A stretch of 63,868 bases of DNA, counting the filler, from Perkinsus chesapeaki ATCC PRA-425 (taxonomy: Eukaryota > Protista > Perkinsozoa): NCBI GenBank assembly GCA_013115145.1. It is 6 parts of 6 records of this genome, joined end to end, with 100 filler letters (N's around TTAATTAATTAA, not from the genome) between each part and the next. Parts side by side here need not be neighbours in the genome. Positions count along the whole stretch, not along the records: positions 46,854 to 49,235 come from JAAPAO010001621.1; positions 49,336 to 63,868 come from JAAPAO010000748.1; 4 more parts are not named here. One strand, 5' to 3'. Shown piece by piece: positions 46,854 through 58,300 of the stretch. The first letter of the stretch is position 1. The number at the start of each line of letters is the position of its first letter. A program made the translations under genes and the position numbers. A model generated the notes under the pieces. It searched no databases. It had not been told where the DNA came from and saw only the letters and a list, made by a program, of their open reading frames with translations.

Positions 46854-49235
46854 CGCTGAGTAGACTTGGGTTGCTTAGGGCACTAATCTGGTCATCAACA
46901 CTCGGCGCTGAGCTCTCATGTTGAACCATACCCTTGTCTACAGTTGATATACAACAGGTTTCGTCAGAAGTGCGTCCGGGGGAAATAGCTACCTGCAAAC
47001 ATTTACCCCCATCTTCCGCCCTAATTAGTTTCCCGGCGCCTGTGAAGGCGCAGCAGGATCTGCACCAGGTTTCTGCTTGAACTTGAACTCCCAGCTGCGG
47101 AACTGATCCTTGGGAAGTGCTTGGACTCGAGCATGCCAGTCGTCTTGTCCTTGAACCCAAAGAAAAAGTACTTCATCCCCTGCTTGTTGAATCTCGGGAT
47201 GACACCGTCGGCGTTCATCAAGGACGTGACGTTACTCTCGTTCCGGCATCCTCGACCCGTGACACCATAAACCACAGAGAACTTGGACGCAAAGCTTGAC
47301 AACGACTCTCCACGGTCGCCTCTCATCTTATCCTTGTGGTTACGACCATCGTTGCCTTGAATAATGCGTACCGTGTCTTGTCCGCTAGGTCTCTGGCTAA
47401 GAAGACTCCCGACCTCCTCTGACAGCCTGCACTCAGCTAAGATATACTCAACTAAAGTGTCGCGGCTACTACAGGTTGGAGAGTGAAACGGCACGCTGGT
47501 TTCCCAGTCTTGATCGGATTCGGCTCCTGTACGCTGACGGCACCGCCTAATGACACCTGTAGCTATGTCTTTAGGCAAACACGAAACAACTCGTCTAACG
47601 AGATGGAGCTCTTGGGCACGATCATCTGGAAATACCACTCGGTACAAGTCTCCGATAGCGATGGCGTCCTTCGCAAAGGAATCGGCCTCTTTCGGTGACG
47701 TAAACTTGAGCTTCTTCAAACGTTGGTCTAGTTCGCCACTCAGAACAGTGCGTCTAGCAAACTTGTCCCTCAAGGTCTTCGTCACCGTGAACCATGTCGA
47801 ACCATCGATGTCACACGCCTTGTCGGCCTCATCGTGACACTCGGGCACCCCGCTGAGTGTACCCAGAAGCTTTTCCCTGCAAGCGTTCACTAAATGGCCG
47901 TGAGGTAAGAACTGGCCATCAATGAATCGACCTGCGTTAGCTTCCGCAAGGATAGACTCAACTCTCTTGATGTGAGCGGTAACACGGAATACGTCCTTCA
48001 AGGCACCGATCGTCAACTTTCCTACCGTCCCAGCATCACAAAATGGCTTACGAGGTACAGAGGGTGCTTGAACTGGGCAACTTCGGACAGATACATACTG
48101 CTGAGGTGCTTGACGGGTAGCATCCCTCCCAACCATAGAAGCAGAATCCCCTGGATGGAGATCGATAAGATCTGTCTCTGGGAATGTTCCTGTCTGTACA
48201 TAGGACACTCCGGGAGCCGTTAAGCTTTCAGTATGAGTCGTCCTGACTTGGGTTCCTGATGTCAAATCAAACCTCTGGACACCATGAGAAATACTGCGTT
48301 CTGGTAGTATGGGGCCACTACCCAGAGGCGATGGAGTCATCTGCAGGAAACCGTCGTTCAACTCACGAGCTTGTCGTTGAACCGTAACCGAACGATGGGT
48401 ACTTCCCTGTTGAGTACGCAGTAACACAGCTCGAGGACTAAGTTGTCCTCCAAGCGATGACCGATGATTGTCCTCGATACAACCATTGACTTGATAGCGC
48501 TCTGACGTGACTGATCGCGCTACTCCTGATAATCTGGAGCGAGCAATGTCTCGAGACTGGCGTTCATTCAACTCATCACGCCTAAGCTCAAGTGCAAAAA
48601 CGTATGCACCAGCTTCTTCCAGAGCTTGTTGGAGCTGTTCTTCTCTCTCGCCTAACTCGGCCACCAATGCTTCGTCTTCTTCGGTTATGACGATGATGTT
48701 GTTCACTTGTTCTTCCACACGCTTAATCTGACCGCGAATCCGGCCTGCGTGCACCCTAGTTTTTCTCAGTTCACTAGCTAAGGATCCTGGACTATTGAAG
48801 GCTTCTGCAGACTCAACGCATGACTGTCGACGTTGACGCGGCCCTTCAACCTGGGCTGCTTGAACTGCCATCAAACCGGCAGTCTGTCTCTGCTGATGGT
48901 CGCCGTCGCTGAGCTCGTTACGCAAGAGTTCGGAAGGTGTCGCCATGATGTAACACTTTAACCAAACGAGCCAGTTGGCGCAAAACAAACTCTAAAATAG
49001 GACAGACGTGCAAGAGCATGGACTACAGCAATCTAAGGCTAATCATTCAGCATGAATCTTTCTAATTAATCCTCGCTCGCCCATTAACACAATCGCACAT
49101 CACCCCTATTGAAGCGTCATATATAGGAGTATAGCAAAATCGCTGAGAATATCCAACGTCACCGGGTCGTCAGCTGGGTTCAAGGAACGAGTAGAGGCGG
49201 CGGCGGAGTCCGCAGATCTGAGTATCACCGTCATC
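46854..49235 (-). mobile_element. Retrotransposon 5' portion: gag-like ORF1 (ATG 48946), -1 frameshift site and start of a second ORF, truncated by gaps
   Basis: Intronless 655-aa ORF with a coiled coil and capsid-like helices (WFTVTKTLRDKF, LKKLKF). G-GGA-AAC-TAA at 47034-47025, with the -1 frame open to the gap. Gap-flanked contig. Confidence 0.7.
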
Positions 49236-50189
49236 NNNNNNNNNNNNNNNNNNNNNNNNNNNNNNNNNNNNNNNNNNNNTTAATTAATTAANNNNNNNNN
49301 NNNNNNNNNNNNNNNNNNNNNNNNNNNNNNNNNNNCCCGCCCTGTTGCTCTTCAGGCATTTCTCTGGAAATGCGACATCTGGGAAGGGACGGGGCACCAT
49401 CGGCGATGGATCATGGTGCCCCGTCCCTTCTGGTCAGGGGCAGGAGCACTGTGCGACTCGCACATAGCAAACGAGAAGATCAACGAAGATTAGCGAGAAA
49501 ACACGCTTCAGAAGTGGACGAATATTGGATCCACGTCGAGTCCTGCTACTGTACACGGTTATGATTTTCATGAAGCAAATCATAACGGATGAATGACAAT
49601 GGCATTCAAGAGAAGTAGGTAGTTGCTTTGGGCTGGTCTATGTTACAATCGTTGAGTATTACGGTAATCAGCAGCAATATTTGACGATTTCTTTCAGGCT
49701 GCCTACACCGGCGGCACGTGTACGTGATGTGCCACGTGGTATTCAATTAGTGAAGCTGCTACTTCACTGAAGTGCACTCCATGTTACTTGCTTTTCCAAG
49801 GTAGAAGCTTTTTGAACCTGAGCAGGTTTCCCAATCCAAAAAGCCGCGATAGGAGAGACTTCTTCCCAACTTGGTTAAGTTATTCTCAGTCGTGAGGATC
49901 ACCAGGGGTGTACGAGCCTCGTGCTATAGGGGCTTGTGCTCGTATACGCGTATCGTCGTTCCCCTGAAGGTGCGCTACTTCTGGAATGGACCATCCCCAA
50001 TCATCATCATGCTCATGATGAGATCTGCTGATATCGATACTATCTGTTTTGGGGAAGTGTGCAACTGGCACATCATTTCCCAGGGGTCACGGGTTGCGCG
50101 AACTAATTCGATTCCCGAGGCTCAGCTATATTTTAGCGGTAATGGCTTAGCTTATTTCCTCAAAGATACTTCTGCAATATCTGATACTG

Positions 50190-50660
50190 ATGCCTAAATA
50201 CGTGTTGTCCATGATGACCTTAATCGCCTGTTGTGGTCATGCCCAACCACAACCTCTTATGGACGGGGTGGCCTTCAGACAATTCTTCTACGACCCCGCT
50301 GTTGGAGTGCTCGTTGCTGTTTTCTATTTCGAAATTCTGCCCCTGTTGCCCGACGATGACTCACGTCGAGCTCGGATGTCAGTGAGCACTACAGATGCTA
50401 CGATTCAAGTAACTGTCGACTTTGTGTATAATTCGCAAGAAGACGTCTTCACATTCTTATGGCAGGGTAACGCTCGCGAGAACTTCATAAATCAGTTCAA
50501 TGCTCTGCATCTTCCTGAGTTACATCTGGCCAGCACAGCTTTGCGACAGGGTGCTTGGGATGAGAATATTGGTATCTTTGTCCTCGACATTGGTGATCGA
50601 GATTATGTTTTCGAATTGGAAGAGTGGATTGATATCCCAGCTTTGGCATGTGCTGGATGA
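50190..50660 (+). CDS. Small secreted orphan protein, single exon
   Basis: ATG start, signal-peptide-like MPKYVLSMMTLIACCGHAQP, beta-strand-like alternating pattern, 156 aa. Confidence 0.65.
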   Translation: MPKYVLSMMTLIACCGHAQPQPLMDGVAFRQFFYDPAVGVLVAVFYFEILPLLPDDDSRRARMSVSTTDATIQVTVDFVYNSQEDVFTFLWQGNARENFINQFNALHLPELHLASTALRQGAWDENIGIFVLDIGDRDYVFELEEWIDIPALACAG

Positions 50661-51250
50661 AGTACTGTGCTTCTAGGATTGGTTGCTGAGTCTGCCGATA
50701 ATCCATACTTAAGGTGGTTATAAACTTCTTATTTGCAACTTATTTTCACCAATAAAAACGCTATTAACGTCCTATAATAGGGTCCACAAGGAGCTCTTTC
50801 TGAGAGCAGTAGTCATAGGAATAGGTCACAGTAGTCATTGTCTCATCCTTCCGAGTCTACGTTGCGTTTAGTCTGTCGAGATGCACTATGGGTGTAATGC
50901 CCATCAGGAATCAGATGATAGTGCAACAATCATCTGCAGCAACTTGTTCGCTCTAGCTCTTCTCCCAGGACTCGCTCGGGTCGCTCGTTGGATCGACACC
51001 GTTGAACTGTTAAACAGTTACCCACCTCTAGCGCGCAAGGATTCGCGAGAAATGCGAAAGGCTCTACAAGTGTGTAACTGCGCAATTTCCGGCAGTTTCA
51101 CGGAAATATTATACCCGGGAAGCTTTCAAGTGGTTTTCTCAACTCTTTACAATTCTTAACTATCTCAACACAACTCCTCAGGTTTAGAACTCAACACGGC
51201 TGAAGGAATGTAACAAAATTACACTTACCAATCTAGCGATGCGTGATTCA

Positions 51251-54200
51251 TCACGTCATCCTTAACTGATAGTCACCACTCTGTGTAATGTACCTTACCC
51301 AGGGAAGTGCTTGATATCTGAAATGAGCAGCATTGGTATCAGCCTCCCAACGTACAGGTAGACGTACGTTACCCCGATTTCTCCACAATCTTCAAATATC
51401 TCACTGTCAGCCCGCTCACTGTGAAGTAGGGGATCTCAAACTTAACAGAAATTGGTTTCTTCGCGTAGAGGTCCCTGCAAAGAAAATACAGACAATGGCT
51501 AACCAATACGATACGACTTCGTATCATCGTAAAAACACATGCGCAAACGACTTAGCTAACACAATTTTTTTTCTCGAGAAAATTTATGGAAAATTTTGAG
51601 ATTATCTGACTTTCCCTGAGAAAACAAACACTGGCTGATCCAAGACGACACGACGTCACGCGAAACGATCGACTGAAAGATCGTTGCAAGATCCAGAGCA
51701 TTGTCCAAAAAAAATGGAAAAGTTGCAGCTACAGTGGATTCCTAAAGTTACCACGAACTCTAACAATCAAAGAGAATTTCCTTAAGAAATGCTCAAAACA
51801 TTTGCGAATTATACGCGCATAAAACCTAACGAAAATTTCATGGAAGTTGTGCAAATATTTTGTATTCACCACCTTGCAGCTTCCATTGAAACACTCGGCA
51901 GTCCGAAATTCGATGTCATGATATAATCTTTTTGACCAGGGAACTGCTTAATCGACCAAATCACACAGTCCTTCTCAGGATGATACTTCACCGAGCCTAA
52001 ACACGTAAAACATGAAACGTTTCGCTCCGCCCACCTATCTTCCACCTGTACTAGCTTTAAATTGAGGAGTATCGACATCACCAGGAACCGGCACATGAAT
52101 CTCCACAGAATTAGCGATCGACCTGTCACCAATTTCATGGCGCGCGGTCATTTCTCTATCCCACCTGCTTTTAAACTGACTCTTTGCTTTAATCATAACC
52201 TCCAATCGCCTTCCTGATTGACTTGGATCAACAACCGCTTCGACAGTTATTAGAGGCTTCACCGGAGTGTTCAACCGATAACTACTCATTATAAAAAGCG
52301 ATGACAATCGATTTCCATCACAATTTGACAATCATCACACATACCTCATAAGTTCGAACCCCCCATCCGGAGGGATGAAAGATATTGTTCTGTCCTGCTC
52401 AAATCGACTGAGGAATATTTCTTAGCGGAGCGAAGCAATTCATGTATTACGTTTTTACCTCAATCGCACGCACTGGTGAAATTTGATATCTTCCATTTCA
52501 ACACCTTTACCTCCACGACTCGATCCGCCAGCTCTGTCAAGACTAGCTGGAATTTCGTGGCGCGCGACAACTTACCCTCCAGCTGCCAGCAGTTTATCAT
52601 TCAACCCCAACTTGCACTCGGGCATTCCCGACAAAAAAGATTTCATCTTCAACGACCCCAAAATTTCAGACCTGACAAAAATTTCCGCGGAGCGAAGCGA
52701 TTTTTCTATGCAATTTTCCTCACCTCAAAACCTGTCCATTAGCAGCCACTAAAAGATTCAATTTCTCCACAACATCCAGGAAGATCTCATTCTTCTTGTG
52801 CTGCCAAAAATTCCCTCGTAGAGTTATTAAAATCGATCAACTGGGCGCGCGCTAACCTTGATCCCCTCGGGTCGCCAACTAACCGCGCTCGTTGCTGCTG
52901 ATGGTGGAGCTTTCATCTTGTCAACTTTAACCTTCTTGTATTCGGTCTTGATGTATTCCCGAAGAATCTTCGTTTCGGTTGTCTGAAGAAGAAGACCAAG
53001 ACTTTCCCATTTTTTGGAAAATTTTCATTTTTTCCTGGAAAAATATTTCCCGTAATCTTGCGTAGTTCCCCTTTCAGAAGAGGAACTTTTCCCGGACTGC
53101 AATTCAGACTGGAGAAATCCAGAAATTGCGCGATGCTCAGCAGAAGGAAACGCCAATGTAAAATGCGTTCGACGAAGATTCGTTTTGTTTTTTTTTCCAA
53201 ATTATTGAGCTTTCAAAATTTTCCCGAAATAATTTGGGGCACCTGCGAGCTCCTCGGTTTAACAATCATTTTTTTCACACACTAAGGAGAGGCGCGACTG
53301 GCAAATTCAACGATCAATTAGAAACCATGTTCGCGAGGAAAGATATAGATAAGGTTGAAGCGAGCATTTCGTACCGAGAAAAGATACTACCTGCGGATAT
53401 CCATTATCCATCATCTCGTCGAGCAGCTCATAAGTCAGAACGAAGTTATCTTTTATGTGATCTTCATCAACAGTTTTGAAATAGTCTTTCAATACCTGAG
53501 CTTCAACCGTGCATCTCATACCGAAAAAGATACTCCCTTACATCCGCTAGTTTGTAGAGATATGACAGGATCATCATAGCATTGCCATTCCGCTGTGTAA
53601 CCGCCAAAAGATAAATATTATTATATTGAATCCAACAGTACACAATACCATCCTCGACGAAAACCGGCTGAAATAATTTCGTGGCGCGCAAGAATTCAAT
53701 AATAGCAGAATACGACCGAAACAAGCATAGAGTGGACATGAGAAATACCCTTTATTTTCAGTTGGCGAGCATTAAATAAACACCCTGCAGATGTTAATAA
53801 ACCGCCCAACTTGCGCTCAGCAACTTTTCAAGAGTCGGCCGATACTTTCAAGAACGTTTCCCCACTACGACAGATATCGTAAGTCGATGAGTTCCAGCGA
53901 CTGAGACATGACACGACAGCACTAAATATTTATTGATAGTGAAATTCGTGACGAGCTGCTGCAAGGGAGATGATCGAGAACATTGGGGATGAAGCATGCA
54001 AATATCTCTTTCGTTCGAATCGAATCACGTCACTTGCCGAATCACGTCACTTCCAAATTGGAGAACCTCGACAGAGACATCTCCTTCATGAACATTATAT
54101 TACCGACTGCCTCAGTACGCCGATCATAGCGGCCCGAGCATACAGATCAACTTATATTGGCAATTATGTAATAATAATTCACAATATATTATTTATATTC

Positions 54201-54735
54201 TATTATCGAGGTCGAGAGTGATCATTCATAGCGACCACCAATCGACGCGCTAGCCCTCACTGCCGATCAAACTAGAGCTATATTCTTTACGACACTACGC
54301 GATGATTATTAATAAAAAGTATTAATTATTTTGTTGATATAATAGTTATGAGATATATTATATTCTCCCGTACCACCTTAACATTAACATCATCCGAATC
54401 AATAACATTATCCACGAACTGTTCAGTAACACTCGGCGGAACCTGCAAATAATATCTCAAAATTCATCCCTTCGAATCAAAACGAGATCAATAAATTCGT
54501 TTTTATTCTGAAAATGACACAACTTGCTAAATAATAAAATTCGCCCCAACTATTGGCCAGCTGAAAACAACTTTGCTCAATTTTACCGCACACAAAAATA
54601 AAAAAATCGAGTGGAAAATTTTCGGAAAAAAGTTTTTTGGCAATATTTCGCCGGTAGTACCTCTCCTCGGTAATTACGCCAAATAATGACTTTACCTTTC
54701 ATATCTAAAATGAAGACCGCTGACGCACCCGACAT
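51251..54735 (-). CDS. AP1M1: AP-1 adaptor complex medium (mu1) subunit, multi-exon
   Basis: [25 protein letters not shown]|VPPSVTEQF..|[47 protein letters not shown]|[49 protein letters not shown] and [21 protein letters not shown]. Confidence 0.97.
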
Positions 54736-55303
54736 GATGAAGCGGTTAAAAAGGTATACTGTAAACGAAGAGATACATTGTCGACAAGATCAATATTGAG
54801 CCGATATGAAGATTGTCATTCTGTCATGTGTGGTGAAGGCCTTATCGCGTTGAAGGCATGGCCAGCCTGGGAGGGTGGCCGGCCCACGCGGATTTAGGGC
54901 TCAGAGGGCTCATCAACCATCCTCGTTATCGTCCGGCTCGGGCCAGAGCAGAATCGACGACATGACATTTCCACTCCCATCGTCATCGTTGTTGTTGCTG
55001 TTGTCTTCTTCACAAATGCGGATGCGGTTCGCCTCGAACATTGTTTATTCCCAGTCACTTGAAGAAGAACTTATTAAATTAAAATACGTACCCAGTAAAT
55101 GTATAAAGTCGGCGAAAAATACAAATTTAATAAACTTAATGTAAGTCCGGATTAGGAAGTTCTTTGGAAAATAGAGATTCGTTTTCAAAAAACCGCCACG
55201 ATTTTGCAAAAAAACGAGAGCGAAATCATAGCGGTCGCCCGAAATCCCAGAGACGCGGCATCTTGTGTGGTTCGTAAGTTGAGCTACTTTGTATCTTACC
55301 AGC

Positions 55304-58300
55304 ATGAGCTCGAAAGATTCCTCTGATGCTATGGTGGCTGATATGCTGAAGTTTATGGCGAGTGGAAATGGTAATATATGTCGCTGGGTAATATTATTAA
55401 TAGACTTATGTTGATAAAAATTGAACCAATTATTAATAAAGTAATCGGTAGTAAATTTACGAAAACTATATAAAGCTAATAATGAATTAGAAATACGAAC
55501 ATTATTAAAATGTATTGTTTTGGTGAAAATAAATTGATATATTCATAGCAGCTGAAATGATCTTCACGAGGTCAGTAATTATAATTGATGGGAAGAGTAT
55601 TGAAGATAACACTCGTTTTTATATGTTTTGATAGAGAGGATAATCTACTAGTTAAGTAATGATACATGTCGGTTTGTAACCTAACTCCCTTCTAGGAGAG
55701 GTCTTTCTCGCTTCGCGTCGCACCTTGGTTTAAGCTGCTAATTGTGGATAATATTAATTTGCTATTTGAGATACCGTCTATATTTCGCAACAGATGGATT
55801 TTTGAATCGTTTCCGCGTTTTTCGACACAGTGCGATTTGGTATAACATTATAGGTTGAAGTACGTATGATAATAGTAACAATGATTATTATATTATTGAA
55901 TATATTATTATATTGAAATTATTGTATTATACTATTATTTATATATATACATTTATATATACATTTATATATATACATTTATATATACATTTATATATAT
56001 ACATTTATATATACATTTATATATACATTTATATATATACATTTATATATACCTTTATATATATACATTTATATATACCTTTATATATATACTTTTATAT
56101 ATATACATTTATATATACATTTATATATACATTTATATATATACATTTATATATACCTTTATATATNNNNNNNNNNNNNNNNNNNNNNNNNNNNNNNNNN
56201 NNNNNNNNNNNNNNNNNNNNNNNNNNNNNNNNNNNNNNNNNNNNNNNNNNNNNNNNNNNNATATATATACATTTATATATACCTTTATATATATACATTT
56301 ATATATACATTTATATATATACATTTATATATACAATAATATTTATTCTATTAGAATAAGTATTGTAATGTCGATATTAGCAACTTAATTGTATTTCAGA
56401 TATGAAATATAAAGCAAATGGCAGCCCAGTGAGATCCCCTATGAACGGTTTGGTCGGGGAAGATACGGCTAAGGTAATATTGTGGCGCGTGACGGTTGAA
56501 TCAAGAGTGATCAATTAAAATGTGGAAGTCGCACCGAAGGCTTTTCTGAAGGAAATGTCGGTATGAGTTGATTGCTTATTATAGGTAACCGTGACTGAAT
56601 ATACTAGTGCAGAAAGTTCGCCACGAAATTTGGCTCCAACCGCGACAGGGAAGGCATTGGAGAGCGCTCATCGGTGGGAGGATTTGAGAATGTCGGATGA
56701 ACTGAGGAGAGGGATATTGGAGAAGGGGTTTGTTAAGCCGAGCAAGATACAGGTAATAGGCAACAGGAGGTGCTAGGAAGAATAGAGGGAAATATGGTAT
56801 AATATTACGAATAATAGAGGGAAATATGGTATAATATTACGAATAATAGAGGGAAATATGGTATAATATTACGAATAATAGAGGGTTATGNNNNNNNNNN
56901 NNNNNNNNNNNNNNNNNNNNNNNNNNNNNNNNNNNNNNNNNNNNNNNNNNNNNNNNNNNNNNNNNNNNNNNNNNNNNNNNNNNNTAAATATGGTATAATA
57001 TTAAAGAGTTGATTACTAAGTGTGTCCTAGATTATAGTAGCTGAATGTTTTACGCGGATTATTGACAAGGATTATTATTTTTTAGTAATAAAAAGATTAT
57101 TAGTATATAAATGATATTTAACATTTATTAATTTATATAATATTAGTTATTATTTTCAGGAGCTGGCTCTACCTATGATTCAGAATGGCCGGAACATGAT
57201 TGGTCAAGCTCAAAACGGTAGCGGAAAAACGGCCACATTTGCCTTGGGATTACTCAGTCGCATTGATATAGGGTAAGGAATTTACTGGCGCGCGGTCTTT
57301 CAAGATTCTTGACAGGTTGAAGAATGTACAAGCGTTGATTCTATCTCCTACTCGCGAGCTGGCTATTCAGAATTTAGATGTTGTTGAGGCGTTGGGGAAA
57401 TATACGGGTAATACTGGGTGAAACGGTTGATCGATTTAATAAAATGAATCTTTATCGGTTTTGAGGGACCATGTTCATCTGGGGTGCACTGTTGTTAGGG
57501 GTGTTATTAGGAATTATTGAAATTAGGTGGTCATATGGATCCCAGAAGGAATATATTTTATCTTAATTTTTAATTTGTAACATTTCAATAAGTGCATTTC
57601 CGACGAAAAAGTGGAGTCCGGGACTGTGAGAGAGGCAATTGTTGATGTCAAACCATGCTTTATCAATAGCTTTCCTTGCGGGAGGGGCAATAGGGTGCAT
57701 TAATACGGGATCTCAATCGGCTTTATGAAGCTGCTCCCTGTATGAAATTGACTTGGACTTATCTCTATGGTATTAAATTATCGTTATTTGTATTGACGAA
57801 GGAGAAAGTGCCTTGACGTCGAACGCCCTACGTGACGCAAGAGTTATTCAAAGAAGCGCGTTTTGGTGGCGTTATGAGAATTTGGCATGAACTCGAGACG
57901 AAATTGATGAAAAGTTAAATACTGCATATTAATATATAAATTCAATGAAATTCAACTATTCAACAATTTTATATTAGTGAAACGAAGGAATTTTATTAAA
58001 CTAAAAACCACTAGATAAATGCCGGTGTTGAATATTCCCTTTTTTGCTTATAATTCCTTCCATCTCATCAGGTGTGACGACACAATTGGTTGTCCCCAGC
58101 GCACCTGGATTGCCAAGGAATCCGAGGGAAGGGAGAGTGACTCAACAAGTAGGGAAAATGGTAGAAAATTTTACAACGGGTTGGTCAGGTTTTGTCGGGA
58201 ACACCTGGAAAAGTATTGGACTTGATAACGAAGAGGATGATTGATACGCGACATGTGACGATGTTTGTGTTGGATGAGGCTGATACTATGATACAGGTGA

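Noticed and set aside
54020-54053. Duplicated GAATCACGTCACTT (CRE/G-box-like) and a 12-bp duplication at about 61590-61615
   Set aside because: Two-copy local duplications in introns; insufficient evidence of regulatory function.
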